DNA of 64,000 nt. It comes from Octopus vulgaris (lineage: Eukaryota). The stretch spans positions 3,038,001-3,102,000 of the forward strand of contig OX597818.1 in NCBI GenBank assembly GCA_951406725.2, written 5' to 3'. Of this stretch, positions 1 to 13,910 are shown piece after piece. The translations under genes and the position numbers were made by a program. Position 1 is the first letter of the stretch; each line of letters begins with the position of its first letter. The notes beneath the pieces were generated by a model. The model was not told the origin of the DNA. It saw nothing but the letters and a program-made list of their open reading frames with translations, and searched no databases.

Positions 1-606
1 CACCTCTAACTACCTATACATCACATCCCAACTGCCACCAACCAGCACTAACAACAACATCATCAACACACACGCACAAATCGACCCCAATACCCTTCCC
101 CTTCAATATTCTGATTCCTCCGACATGTAGTATGGTAAAGGCGACACAGAAGAATGGCAAATGGCCACGGGGGGGTGGGAGAAAAAAAAGGGGGAAAAAA
201 TGATTACTCTGTCAAACAAAGCAGGGAGATATACCACTCCCAATGTCAAAATTTCCACACACATTAACAATACCAGCACCAACACTACAAACACACAAAT
301 GTGCCAAGTGGCCCCACAATACTAACATCAGGTCTCACACTGATATTACACGAAACAATTTGAAAAAAACAACCACCCATACAAAACACCACCACAACAC
401 ATACAAATTTTACACACTACACAAAGTACACATAAATTCATGAAATCTCTCTACCCTAATTTGGTAGGGAGATTTCAAAAACATTTGTCAAAAAAACTTT
501 ACAAAAATCTCCTCACAGAAACTTCTGAGGAGGAAAACACCGTTTTTGAACAGCAAGTGACTCTCTTTTCTCTCTTTGTGTGTAAAGCAGAACTTTTGCT
601 AGGTCC

Positions 607-3600
607 ATGCTCAGACTAGGTAGTATAAATGTGTGTGGCTTGGGGGTCATCTTGGAGAGACAAGGCTACCTGTTGAATGACATCAAGCCACTAAATGTAG
701 ATATTACAGCCATCAATGAAACCAGACTCTCCAACCTGCAGGCCCTCAAGCCCATGTTCAGCAGTCAATTCGACATTTATTTTTCTCTGTGTCTGTCAAG
801 AATGGGTGGTGGTGGCACCAGGGTGCTTTTTCAAAAGGGTCTGGATCCCAAAGTAAGGGTAGTTTTCTTAGACCCAGAGGGCAGGCTGGTTGTCTTGGAT
901 GTCGATGGCAGTAATGGGTGTGCTTTCTGACTGATTATGATATATGCACCGTCCTTAAGTTGGTTGGATTTCTTTTGACGTCTAGAGGTTTTCCTGGGAA
1001 CGTCTCAATCTTTACACTTAGTCGGGGATTGGAACACTATCTTGGACACATGTCTAGAATATGTAGGGAGAGATAGGAAGAGAAGGGGATGCAAATGCCT
1101 CAAAGACCTTCTCAGACGTTTCCAACTGTCTGACAGGTACCAACTGAACTACTTGAACGTGCCAATGTGGACAGGGACCAACAGCATTGGGTCATCCAGA
1201 TCATATTTAGATAGAGTATTCTGTAGGGCAGTAGATAGGGATAGTGTAGTTTGTCCACAGTTTCACATAGTCAGTTACACAGATCATAAATTCATGACCT
1301 GTACACTTGACTTAGATAAGAATAATAGGCAGGGTCCCGGATACTGGAAGCCGGACATATCACTCCTGGTGCAACAGGCTTACAGAGACCGGATTAGCAC
1401 AATAGGAAGGTACTGACAGGAGTCATCATCAACAACATATGGTGACTTGCCCTAAAGAGGGCAATTAAAGCAGAATCACTTAGCAAGAAATCGAAATAAA
1501 ACAGAGGGAGACCTAGTTAAGAAATTAGAAGGGACACTTAGAAGTGGCATTGTGACCAACATGCTGGCGGTGAGGTTGGCCCTTGATCGACACTTCAATG
1601 CCAAACACAAAGGTTGCATTGTCAGAGCTAGGATGTGTGCCTTAAGAAATGAGGGAACTGGAGCCACCCAAGAGGCCCAGGTGGTGGAGGTGCAACGTGA
1701 CAACAAAGCCACCATTTGGTCCTTGATAGATCAATAGAGATATGAGTTACTCAAGCCCGAAAGGATGTGAGGCCTTCAAGCAACTGGTGGGTTGGAACAC
1801 AGGATAAACTTTAGTGCCTACCTGCATGGCTTGCCATGACTCTTGGCAAAGCAAGCTGAGTGATGTGAAAGTCCCATTACAGCTGCTGATGTATGGAATG
1901 CAATGGCAGGTTGCATGAGAGACAAGTTGCTGGGCTTGGATGGTCTGGCCTATGAGCTTTATTGTCATATGCCAGACACATTTGAAGATGTCTTGGCAAC
2001 AGTCTACTGCAACTAGCAGCAAAACAGGAGTATTTTGTGAGCTGTTTTGTGAGCTGAGGAGTAGTGACTCTGCTAAAGAAAGACTCAAACAAGGGAAACG
2101 TTATAGATAATTTCTGGCCCATCACTCTGCTCAATGCTGATTTGAAAGTTTTGGCCAAGGTGCTAACCGAGAGGTTGGCACTTGTCATCGAGAAACTGGT
2201 TGACAAGGCGCAAACATGTGCCATGTCAGGCAGAAGTATCCATGACAACCTCCACCTCATGTGTACAACATAGACAGGGTACTTAAGGAACCTGGCATGG
2301 GTGGGCTCTGATCAATTTGGATAGGGTTGATCATCGATACTTGGAGGCTGTCATTAGGCTGGCTGGTTTCTGTCCAGTCTTCCACGGTTGGATTGCTGCT
2401 TTATACAGTGACATCCACTTAGTAGTTTGGGTAAATAGCCATCTATCTAGACCATTTAACATCATGTGTTTGGTCTGTCAAGGACGCCCACTCTCATCAC
2501 TTCTGTATGTATTGACTCTACTGCACAAGCTGGCGACACTGAAGGGCATCCCACGAGAACTGGGATGCAGGAGAAGCATGTCTGCATCATGGTATCAAAC
2601 CACAGACATACTGACCTGGACAATGAGACACTAAAAGAATACAAATTGGTAATTGGAGCAAAAAAACGTCAGTGGGCTTGCAGCTTGACACCTGGAGAAG
2701 CAGCCCATGCTGTCCAACAGTATCTCCATCGTGGGACGCTGGACTGATGGACCAGTTAAATTGCTCAGGGTCTGGTTTGGTCCAGACCTCCAAATGGAGA
2801 ACTAGGATGAGATAACAAGCAGGGTGGTCACTCTCACCCAGCTATGGGCCGAGAGAAAGCTATCTCTAAAAGGTCAGGCTGAGGTGGCGAATGTGTATAT
2901 CACATCTGCCATCTACTACCGTCTGACCATTGTGCCTTGTTCTGACCCTATCATCATGAAACTGGAATGCATACTCTTCCACTTTTTGTGGAGGGGAAGC
3001 CTTCCAATGGTTGGGTGATCCATTTGCTGTCAACATCTGCTAAATGGGGGACTGGGTATGCCATGGTTAATGATGTGCAGACATGCGCTGAGACAATGAC
3101 ATCTCCAGTGTTTCATAGGCGATGGTGAACAGGTGTGCTTGCCTTTTGCAGGATATGCCTTTCCGCAGCTTGTCTCATTGACCAAACTGCAATCATGGAT
3201 CAAGCAGGGACTGAATGGGCAAATGGTACTGCGAGTGTCACCATGCTCTCAAGCAGCTCTGCCATCCCGGTTCAAAATTGTGTGATTTCAATTCCACCAA
3301 AGTGTTCTACAGAGGATTAATGGAGAGGAGGTGCTATGATGTTCTTGGAGAAACTCTGGACATCGACAGGGAATACCTGACGGCTCTTTAGGACCACTTT
3401 TGGGCCAGGACCTATGGACAATTTCCAGAGATCCCTGGCCTGGCAGTGCTATCAGGGAGCATTGCCCATTCAATATAAGGTCTGCAGACATGGTTCAAGA
3501 AACACCAATCTGATCTGCCCAAGATGCGGTCAGAAAGACAAAACTGTTCTGCACGCACTTGTGCTATGTCCAAATATTTCAGACCTGTAGGCCTATGTCA

Positions 3601-3895
3601 AACGGCTGCTGTTATGTGTGGGATGAGTCCGGTTGTCAATGAGTCTATCATAAATATTGCACCACTACCTTCCTTTAACCAGGAAGGCAAGGCAGTTTTC
3701 ATTGTATTGGTGGCGATGGCAAAAGAATGTGTATGGTGGACTCATTTGAAAGGCTTAGAGACAAATACTTTCCTCTCTAGCCAACATCTCATCAACTTTT
3801 TTGAGTATTACTTGAAAAGGAAGGTGAGAGTAGAGAGGGAAGTTTAGTCTTATGAAAAGTTTAATAAAAGGTGGGTGAATGTAGTAAAGATGGTT
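607..3895 (+). mobile_element. Decayed L1/Tx1-clade LINE ORF2 (APE endonuclease + RT), many stops and frameshifts
   Basis: ORF fragments 607-930 (SINVCGL, INETRL), 1042-1416 (YLDRVF, YTDH), 2064-2273 (NFWPITLLNADLKVLAKVL), 2317-2634 (QGRPLSSLLY), 2824-3018 (LSLKGQ) follow L1/Tx1 motif order. Confidence 0.85.
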
Positions 3896-3999
3896 ACATA
3901 CATGCATGCATACATACATACATACATACACACATACATACATACTGAATAGATAAGAATAATATATCCAGGAAGGTAGCACAATGCAATCTTCCTAGT

Positions 4000-5130
4000 G
4001 AGATAACTAACTGTGGAAGAAATATTTGAGCTAAAAGTAAACCACTATACCTGGCATTTATTGACTTGGAGAAGGTCTTAGTGAGGGCGCCATATTGTAA
4101 ACTTGGTGGTCAATAAGAAAGCCAGCTATAAATGGATGCTTTATTAAGGATATACAAACTACGTACAAAAGTGCAGTAAAGAGAGAGACAACAATGAGTT
4201 CGGAGATGAATTTAGCATGAGGATATGTCTGTCAAACATCAATCCTCAGTACCCTCGCTTTCATCAGTGTCCAACAGCCATCAGAGATTAATTCTCATAG
4301 CTGAATCAGTAGTATAGAAGAAATTTCAACCACAAAAGTTAAACTTAGAATCAAGAGGACTAAGGTAAATTTAGCAAAGACTAAGGTGTTAATAAGTAGA
4401 TAGAAGATAGGACCCTGACAAGTTCAACAAAATGCTTTTCTTGATATGCAGACAAGGTGAAGGTAGGAATACTGTATGTGATACTCAGTCAAAGGTATAG
4501 TCATAAGAGATATAGCAATATCCCAGAAAACTTAACTTTGTATATGGCAGATGCACAGGAGCAATATGCATTAAGGGTATATAAGAAATAGATTCTCTTA
4601 AATGACATGCTGGCTCACTAAAAGTAGCTGATATCTTCTATTGTCTAGCTGATATAATTCACAAGGCTGTACAGAAAATATAACAGAAAGGGTAAGAACA
4701 GCTTGAAAATTGTTCAGGGAGCTATTATCCCTGCTGATAACAAAAAGAACTTTTCCTCAAAATGGAGGACAGATTTTATGTATGTGTTAGGTGAGTGATG
4801 CTGCATGGGTCCTGAATGCAGAAGACTTGTAAAGACAAGAAAGAAATGAAGCAATTACTCTCTGGATAAATGTATCATGTTAGTGTGCATGGATACCAAA
4901 GTACAAATGAGCACAAAAAAAAACTAGTTATAAGTGGAATCATGTGGAGGGTGCAAGAAAAGGCTATGCTGGTATAGACTTGTCATGCACATGAAGGATG
5001 ACTGCTCCATTAGGAAGTACCAAGTGTTTCAAAGTAGTGAAACCTATGGAAGAGGGAAACTGAGGAAAATATGGGATAAAGATTGATCTGAAGATGCTGC
5101 ATTTAAAGGAGATGACAAAGGACTAAGACT
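4000..5130 (+). mobile_element. Highly decayed RTE-clade LINE 3' half
   Basis: Nucleotide similarity to the minus-strand RTE at 18240-20404, e.g. gaatcaagaggactaaggtaaatttagcaaagactaaggt (ESRGLxVNLAKTK-like). Confidence 0.7.
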
Positions 5131-5313
5131 CGACCACTCACAGCAAAATGTACAATGAAATAAGTAATATTTAGAAACCAGGATATTTTGTACCCTATAA
5201 AGCCTACACTTGCTACCACCCAAATTACATCTTTGATACTCTCTTTCATCTACCTATTACTCATCTCAAATTCTCCCTTTGCTTATCACCACAACCTGTG
5301 CTGACAGCACCAT

Positions 5314-5395
5314 CATCCTCATCACTAATTCTCTCACCTGCATCAGCCCATCCTCATCACTAATTCTCTCACCTGCATCAGCCCATCCTCATCCT
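5314..5395. repeat. Short tandem duplication (~35-nt unit)
   Basis: catcctcatcactaattctctcacctgcatcagcc occurs twice in tandem plus a partial copy. Confidence 0.8.
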
Positions 5396-5857
5396 TCTAC
5401 AACACTCTCTTACTTCATAGGTTACCTAGAACTTGATACATTTATATAGCCATAACAGAAAGCCCCTCCCGCCAGTTCCTTTAGAAAAACTGGTAAGACA
5501 ACTCTAGTGCTGATACTATGGAAAATATACCCAGTACACATAATAAAGTGGTTAGGAAATGAACAGGTAAAAACGTAGGGTTGTGAAGTTTCACTGATAA
5601 TTTACCAACACACACACCAGTGCATGCTCAATAATACATCAATAATTTCTATAGTTAATCACCATATTATGTCAGGTCACTTTGTAGTGCACTGGTAGTA
5701 TGTAATAGCATGTAACCCAGTACAACCTGTTGCATGGTCAGCTCATCAGTGACAAAACCAGCAATCCCACCAAGCTTGCTTTATGAGGAGGGTGATTTTA
5801 GGCACCTAAAAACAAAACTGACAAAGAGTCAAAGAACACAAGTCAATGGCCATCCAA

Positions 5858-5893
<36 letters not shown>

Positions 5894-6414
5894 GTGTGTT
5901 TGTGTGAAAGAGAGAGCGGGTATTGTTTTCGAGTGCATGTGTACATATATAGGTAAAATTTCCAATTTATGTACATGTATATATATAATTAAAATCTTTA
6001 AAAAATTTTTAATTTCAAATTTAAAAAAAAATCCCTTTGCAAGGTCTGTGATAGACCATTCCAGATAATGGCTTGTGACATCACCCAAGGGTAAAGATAA
6101 ACAAACCTATCATCCTGCCAGCTACTGCATTATTATACTGAAGCCAGCATGTCTTGACCTGTCTTTGCCTGCTGGACAATGTTGCAAAAGCTAGTTTCAC
6201 TTCAATCATCATATACAGCCAATTGCAAAAGCTAGATGTCACAGCTGGATACTCTGTCTTTTCCCAGCTTCTTTCTCAGTCTGTCTGTTTTGTCACTCAT
6301 TTGCTTTCTATCTGGTTGTCAAAAATATCTTATTTATTTTGTTATATCAGCTTTTAATGGGCATGTTGGTCAACACGACTATGAATTTTGTGAGAACCAT
6401 GATAGGCAGACCAT

Positions 6415-7620
6415 TCATCATCATCATTGTTTAATGCCCATCTTCCATGCATGCATGGGTAGGATGGTTCACAGGAGCTGGCCAGGTAGAAAAACTACAC
6501 TATACTACTCTGTTTTGGCAGGGTTTTTAAGGCTGGATGCCCATCCTAACACTAACGACTCTGCAGAGTGAACTCAGTGCTTTTACATGGCACTAACACA
6601 GGCAAGGTTAGTTTTGGCATTCTTTTAAAGCTGGATGCCCTTCCAAATGCCAACCATTTTACAGCGTGGACTGCATGCTTTTTACTTGGCACCAGAACTG
6701 GCAAGACAAGAAATTATAAGAGTGACAGGGATATTTCAAGAGGGGAACTCATGTCAGAGGATGAAAAGTTAGAGAGTGATAAAGAGACAGAGAGGCAGAA
6801 ACAGATATCTTGCTATAACAGAGGGGGTATTGGATGATGATGAAAAGTTAGAGAGTGACAGAAATAGGTGTCTTGTCATAGAGGAGGTACATGGTTATCC
6901 AGCAAGAGAGAGAGAGAGAGTGACAAAGAATGAGGGCAGAAACAGGTGTGCTGCTTATAGCAGGTCATAATATGCATGGTCAGGTGTTGCCAAGAAGGTG
7001 CATGTAGGGAGTGGGGATTGCAGTGACTGGTGAAAACCTGGGCAGAGGGCAAGAAAGAGGATTGGAAGACAATCATAGTTTATGAAGACGAAATGCAAAG
7101 AAGAGAAAGATGCTGTTTAGAAGGGGAGATGTAGTTTGGTTTCTTGGGGTAGGGTGTGTGAACTGTTTGTTGTTATATGTAGGTGGGTCACAACTCTTCT
7201 AGTACTCAGTTTCACTGACATGAGCAAGTCTTGTCTAGAACATCAAATCACCAAACATCTTGGACCATTGTCATTTCCTCCATGAGCCCCAACATCCTAA
7301 CTCCTAACCATGTCTACCTGGGTCTCCCTCTTCCACGTGTACTATCCACTTTCAGTGACAGACACTTCTTTATACAGCTGTCTTCACACATACGCATCAC
7401 ATGTCCAAACCAATGCATTCTCCTCTCCTGCATGCCACATTTAATCCTAATGCCTAATTTTTCTCTCAACACACCTGTGCTTTGTTGGTCATGCACACTA
7501 ATGTTGCAAATCCAATGGAGCATACTACTTTCATTCCTCTCCAGTCTACACATATCCTCTACAGTCATTGCCCATGTCCCATTACCATGTAATATAACTG
7601 TTCTCACACAGGTCTAATAC
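6415..7620 (-). mobile_element. RTE LINE 3' end and 3'UTR remnant with (GAT)n tail
   Basis: ORF 7314-7607 (ERNESSMLHWICNIS...WFGHVMRM...RGRGRPR) is the RTE C-terminus; catcatcat tail at ~6415-6428. Confidence 0.75.
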
Positions 7621-9167
7621 TATCTGTCAGATCTTGTAAAACCATCCAATCCATGCCAGCCAGCATGGAACATGGAAATTAAATGATGATGATGATCTAT
7701 TATGTGGTTATTCAGATCCGTTACTTGAGTTTCATTATAACTCTCCTGGGGATGTCAAACAAAAAAGTTACCGACATTTTGACCCAGTAAGCATTATCAA
7801 ATAACAATGACTTCTTAACAAATTGATCCTACTGTTTTTACTCAAAGAAAGATAAAACTATTTTTGCAAATATTGTGCTTTCTTTTCACAGGGCAAAAAC
7901 TGCATGTTTATTAAAAAAACAAAAAGATATGCTGTAAAAACCCATGTAATTTGCACACCTGTGTAATTTACACATGTGATTTTCATGATAAAAATTGTTA
8001 GGAAAGATTTGTACCCAAAAGTTTGCAGGATTACCAATATGGCCAGGGGAAGAAGTTTTCAATTTAGTTGTATTTAGCATAATTTCACTTAGTTATGATT
8101 GGATTTTATTAAATTTTCATTTAATAAAGATAATTTCTGTTTAACAGGTATCACATTAAAAGCTATTAAATTACAAAGTGTTTGGGTTGTTTATAATAAA
8201 CTTTATTTTACATTTCTTGCCCACAAGAGATTATGTCTGATCTTTAGCATACTGCTGTATGTATTCTCAAATCCCAATCACAAGAAGAATTATTATCAAA
8301 TAAAACAAAGCTGATAAATATGCACAGGTGTTGCAAATTAAGTTTAATTACCAATAAACATCCACCTGGATGACACTTTACTCAACTGACAGAGGAAGGT
8401 GACTAATCAAACTGATTATGTAAACAGAATTCTGATTGGTTGAAAGTGTCTTCTTGTCTCAAGCTCTGATTTTCCACCTATTCTTGGAGTATCAAAATTT
8501 TAATCTCTTTCACACTTATAAACTGTGAAGCAAACTTAAAAATTTGTCATTACCAGTATTGTCAGTCTGAGCAGAATTTATGAATCATTTACTGTGAAGG
8601 AGAATGCAGACCAAACCCTGTTAACATTTGATTTGCTGTATGACACAACAGTGACACATGTTAATGATAAATCAATTAAAATAAGAACAACTGGAAATGA
8701 AAGAATAGATTTACTGTGATGCTAGCATGCTTAGGAGACAGAGCAAAATTACCACCATATGTTATCTTCAAAAGAAAGAAATTGCCAAAGTTAAACTTCC
8801 CAAAAAGCATAATCATCAGATCCATGAAAAAGAACTGAACCAGAAACCATGTGGTTGGGAAGCAAGCTTCTTACCACACAGATATATATATATCTTTTCT
8901 TATACCTTATAAAACTGAAACAGTCAGTTGGGCTATTTTTTTGATGAGAAGGGTGCAAGAGTGTTATTGTGAGGGAAATGAGGTGACATAGGAAGAGTGA
9001 CTGATATGAGGGAAGGGGAGAACAGAGTTGTGTAAGTGATTAATATGAAGTGGCAGTGTGATGATAACGTTAATACAGCTGTCATTCAGGGATACACATG
9101 TGATGTTGCATACATACTTTCATAAATACATAGATACATGCATACATGCACACACACACTCACACAT

Positions 9168-9567
9168 AGGTGTATGAGTGGCTGTGCGGTAAGTAGCTTG
9201 CTTACCAACCGGGTTCAGTCCCACTGTGTGACACCTTGGGCAAGTGTCTTCTACTATAGCCTTGGGCCGACCAAAGCCTTGAGTTGATTTGGTAGACGGA
9301 AACTGAAAGAAGCCCATCGTATATATGTATATATGTATGTATGTGTGTGTGTGTGTATATGTTTGTGTGTCTGTGTTTGTCCCCCCAACATTTCTTAACA
9401 ACCGATGCTAGTGTGTTTATGCCCCCGTAACTTAGCGGTTCAGCAAAAGAGACCGATAGAATAAGTACTAGGCTTACAAAGAATAAGTCCTGGGGTTGAT
9501 TTATTTGACTAAAGGTGGTGCTCCAGCATGGCCACAGTCAAATGACTGAAACAAGTAAAAGAGTAAA
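9168..9567 (+). mobile_element. tRNA-derived SINE (octopus OR-type, tentative)
   Basis: A-box-like tggctgtgcggtaag, B-box-like gggttcagtccc, shared body and tail tcaaatgactgaaacaagtaaaagag; at least 6 related copies in the window. Confidence 0.85.
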
Positions 9568-10339
9568 GGAGACAGAAGTAACTTTTAAAATGCCAAGGAA
9601 GGAAAAGAAAGGTGGGTGTGAGGAAAACGCATGGTTAGTTGACAACAATTGTCCACAGACGCACACACACATACAATGTCTACTATGTACCACTTTAAAC
9701 TCGTGATTACCTGTGTGTATGTTTTCAAATTTGTGTGTGTGTGCACGTGATCATCACGTTTTATAACTGTCTGTCTCTCTATTTCTCTAGGGCCTTCTTT
9801 GTTGCTGTTACATATTGTGAAATTTTAAAATTGTCAAAATTTTCAAATTTTGTATATTGATATCATTTTCCATGTTAAATCTGATTTTGCTATTTACTTG
9901 TCCAAGAAAAATTGCAGAAAAATGTTACAGAGGTTTAAAGTTTAATCAATTTTACCTAATCAAAAAACAGGATTTGGAAGCTGGCATTTTCTGCATGACA
10001 GCTGTCTATCATATAATGAAAGCAAAATCACTACGAGGAGGAATTTTTATTAAACAAAACGAAAGCAAAGCGTTATGATGACCAATATTGTAAGAACTTC
10101 TGAAGTTTTAATAAGTTTTAATGAATAAAATCAATGAATGAAATGGTCGAACAGATATGTAAATAATCTAAAAAGGGAAAAATCATCAGCAAAGTTGTTT
10201 TTTTGTGAAAAGTTGCACAAATCTGTTCTGATCAAGACACCTATCTGTCATGGAAAGTATGGTCTGGCATGGTATAAGCAAAAATTTATATAAGACAACT
10301 TATAGCAAAAGTTGCCCGGCAATGACAGGCTAGTATCAT

Positions 10340-11690
10340 CTGCATGGGTAGGAAGGTTCACAGGAGCTGGTCATGTAGAAAAACTACCCTATGCTAGTCT
10401 GTTTTGGCAGGGTTTTTACAGTTGGATTCTCATCCTAATACCGACCACTCTGCAGAGTGGACTCAGTGCTTTTCACGTGGCACTAACACAGGCAAGGTTA
10501 GTTTTGGCATGATTTTTACAGCTGGATGCCCTTCCAAATGCCAACAACTTTACAATATGGACTGAATGTTTTTTACTTGGCACCAGAACTGGCAATGTCA
10601 CCAACTAACTTGCAAGAGAAGGAATTATGAGAGGGGCAGGGGCATTTGAGGAGGGGAACTTGTGTCAAATGATGAAAGGTTAGAGGGTGACAAAGAGATA
10701 GCAAGGCAGAAACACATGTCTGGCTATAACAGGAGGTGCATTGGAGGAGGTGATCCAGTAACAGATGATGAAAGGTTAGAGTGTGACAGAGAAATAGGGA
10801 GGCAGAAATAGGTGTCTTGCTATAGAGGAAGTACATGGTTACTCAGCAACAGCAAGAGAGAGAGAGAGAGCTTGATGAAGAATGAGGGCAGGAATAGGTG
10901 TGCTACTGTAGAGGAGATACGTGGCTACCCAACTAGAGGAAAGAGTGACAGATGAGAGAGAGAGAGAAAGAAAGAGAGAGATGGTGAAGTGTAAGAGTAT
11001 ACACACAAGTAACAAGGATCAGATCATGGATGTGATGGTAGAGTAAAGAAAAGAGAGGTATGAAGGTTGTAATATGTGCAGCTAGTTGTTGCATTGAAGG
11101 TGCAAGTAGGGAGTAGGGATTGCAATGACTGGTGAAAACAAATTTAGTCTTTGCTAAGTTAACTTTAAGGCCCTTTGATTTCAAGTTTTGCTCCCAAATC
11201 TGGAACATCTCCAATTCTGCTTTAGATTCTGCAAGATCGTCAGCATATAGTAGTTCCCATGGGCATCCACTTTTGAATTCCTTTGTTATGGCCTGGAGAA
11301 CTATGATGAATGAGAGTGGACTAAGGTCTGATCCCTGGTGTGCTCCAACCTGTACACTAAATTCATTATTATATTCAAGGCTGACTCTCACCTTACTGAC
11401 AACATTGCTACACATAGCTTAAACAGCTCTGACAAGCCATTCCTCTACTCCTAGCTTCCTTAGAGACCACAAGATAGAAGAGCAGGGAACCCTGTCAAAG
11501 GCTTTTTCTAAGTTGACAAAGGCTAAGTACAATGGTTTACTTTTGGCCAAATACTTTTCTTGAAACTGTCTCACTATAAAGATGACATCTGTGGAACAAA
11601 ACCAAACTGCATCTCATGTATCTTAATTTTATCCCTAATTAGTTGAGATATAACTCTCTGTAATTTTCATGACCTGGTCCAGTAGTTTGA
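10340..11690 (-). mobile_element. RTE LINE fragment (RT region plus 3'UTR-like sequence)
   Basis: ORF 10933-11415 contains GAHQGSDLSPLSF and ELLYADDL; flanking sequence matches 6415-6970. Confidence 0.8.
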
Positions 11691-12190
11691 TACATATATA
11701 TATTGAATAGATAGGAATAATATGTATATATATTAATATATGGAAGACAATAAGAAATAAAAGAAATAAGGAAGACAAAATTTTAATAGTTTCGCACATT
11801 GTCCAAATTCAGTCAGATCAAACACATGCCATATTTTCAAGGAGTTCATAAGCCACAAGTAATAATGGAAGCAAAAGCTAACACGCAGAATATAGCTGTA
11901 TAGAGAACAAGGATTGATTTAAACATAAAATTTAGTGAGTTAGGGGACAAAGAAATAAAATGACATGCTACACAAAAGCAAACAGAAATTTGGCAAGTTA
12001 TTCTCCTCATCATTATTTTATGTTCCAGTTTCCATGCTGACATAGGTTAAACAAGTTGTTATAGTCTAAAAAAAATAGGACAAAACTGCTTTACAAGCAA
12101 GGACAACAAGTACATCTATGTAAAAATAAAATCTGAAAGGATCTACTCTTTTTACTAAATATAAGTTATTGAAAATACAGAAATACTTAC

Positions 12191-12272
12191 CCAATGGACT
12201 ATTGGAATCTGTTTCAAGATATGTAGGATCAATGTGAAATTTTGCTTCCTGTGTATCACTTCTATTTATGTG
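12191..12272 (-). CDS. Candidate host-gene exon (82 nt; HINRSDTQEAKFHIDPTYLETDSNSPL)
   Basis: Minus-strand acceptor tatttctattttag, consensus donor G|gtaagt, open phase-0 frame, non-repetitive context. Product not recognised. Confidence 0.55.
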
Positions 12273-12789
12273 CTAAAATAGAAATACATAAAATTCATTA
12301 ATATATACAAATTTATTTGGCATGAAAATATTGTTATCTAAATTAACAGATCACGCATCTGTATTGAGTAAACCATGATAGCCATTAATAGTTACATAAA
12401 ATTCTGTTAAAAATAGTAATGTTAAAACTCACTTTATGCCAAGTAATTATTCTGAATATATGTGTATATGCTTGTTATTATTTTCAAATAACTGCATGTT
12501 TATATGAAAATAAGAGGTATGCACTAAACTGTTAACTTAACTTTTGTGATGAAAATAAAAATACAAAAGGGATAGTTTGTTCAACAGATTTTCAATGTAT
12601 TACACATAATTGTGAAGAAAGCTGAATGAAAAATAGATCTAGCTGCATCTGTAAAGCAACATTTATTGGTTTTCAACATCTTTTGCTACAAGAAATAAAA
12701 AAATAATATTTGGTTTCATACCTTACTGCAACTTGAAATTATATTCCATAGTTATCTTGCATTAGTTTCTCCTAGTTCCCGATCCGACT

Positions 12790-13310
12790 CAGGTGTAGCA
12801 GGCGACCGAGGACCCGAAAGATGACGATCCAAGCCCGGTCGAACACGGGTCAGTCGGTCCTAAGAAGCAGGCAAAAGCTCCCACGAAAGGCGCCAGGTCC
12901 GTCGAATGAACGAAATGAAACAAAACATAACACACGGACGGCCTTGCATCGAAAGGGAATCGGATTAATATTCCCGAACCCGAACCCAGAGAGTGCCTGT
13001 CCAGCGGCGGGAATGCGGCATGCTCCTAGCAGTGCATCTGTCATCGAAGCTAGTGGCCGGGCGAAGCAGCAGCAATGCAAGTGAGCCCAGAGACGTTGCT
13101 GGGAGCCCTGGGAAGAGTTCTAACTTCTTTATAAAGGACTGCGTCCGTGGAATCAGCTTGTCCGGAGATATGGATATGGTGCCTGTAGAGCGCCACATCT
13201 CGGGCAGCATCCAGTGCACTCTCGGCAGCCCTGGAAAATCTGGGTCCATAACAATTCGCAGCTCTCGAATCAATCCGTACCCACAATCCACAGCAAGTGT
13301 CCAAGGTGTA
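12790..13310 (+). pseudogene. 28S rRNA-derived fragment (D7/hidden-break region), diverged and internally deleted
   Basis: Conserved LSU motifs in order: ggacccgaaagatg (12810-12823), gggtcagtcggtcctaag (12847-12864), cgaaagggaatcggattaatattcccgaacc (12950-12980), gggagccctgggaagagttct, gccctggaaaatctggg, ccgtacccacaatccacagcaagtgtccaaggtg (13275-13308). Confidence 0.85.
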
Positions 13311-13589
13311 AAAGACATGAAGAACTATGAAAAAAGGTGAATAGGTACCAGGGGTGGGGGAAAGAAAAGAGAACTAACAGTCGATCGTTCTAGAACTCCC
13401 AGAATAAAAATATAAACACCTGAAAGACTTTCACTTTATTCATTACTAAATGTCTTTCCCTATTTTTCATTGTTAAAAGCAAAGAAGCTAGAAAAGCTTG
13501 ATTGTATTTCAGTCTAATTGTCATTGTAAATGACAGACTTCCCTTTCTTTGTCTGTGTCACTTTGCTCCTTTTCTCTAAGGTTAAGAGA

Positions 13590-13910
13590 GTGAAGGTACA
13601 TGGCTCAATGTTTAGGGATATTCAGCCTACGATTGTAAAGTCATGAGTACAATTCCCTGCAGTGCACTGTTTTTGAGCAAGGTACTCTACTTCACCTTGC
13701 TGCAGTCCACTCAGCAGGCAAAAATGAGTTGTAGCTGTAATTCAAAGGGGCCAGCCTTGTCATATTCTGTGTAAAACTGAATCTCCCTGAGAACTACCTC
13801 ATGGTATGCATGTCTGTGGAGTACTCAGTCACTTGTGTGTTAGTTTTATGAATGGATTGTTTGTAGATCAGATAAACAGGAACCTCGTCATCATAACCGA
13901 CGGAGTACCA
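13590..13910 (+). mobile_element. Second SINE-like family
   Basis: tRNA-like head (tggctcaatgtttaggg...gagtacaattccc); body shared with 14225-14350 and, inverted, 49260-49560. Confidence 0.6.

Noticed and set aside
12821-13340. Five overlapping ORFs on both strands in a GC-rich island
   Set aside because: Explained by rRNA-derived, stop-poor sequence; no protein motifs.
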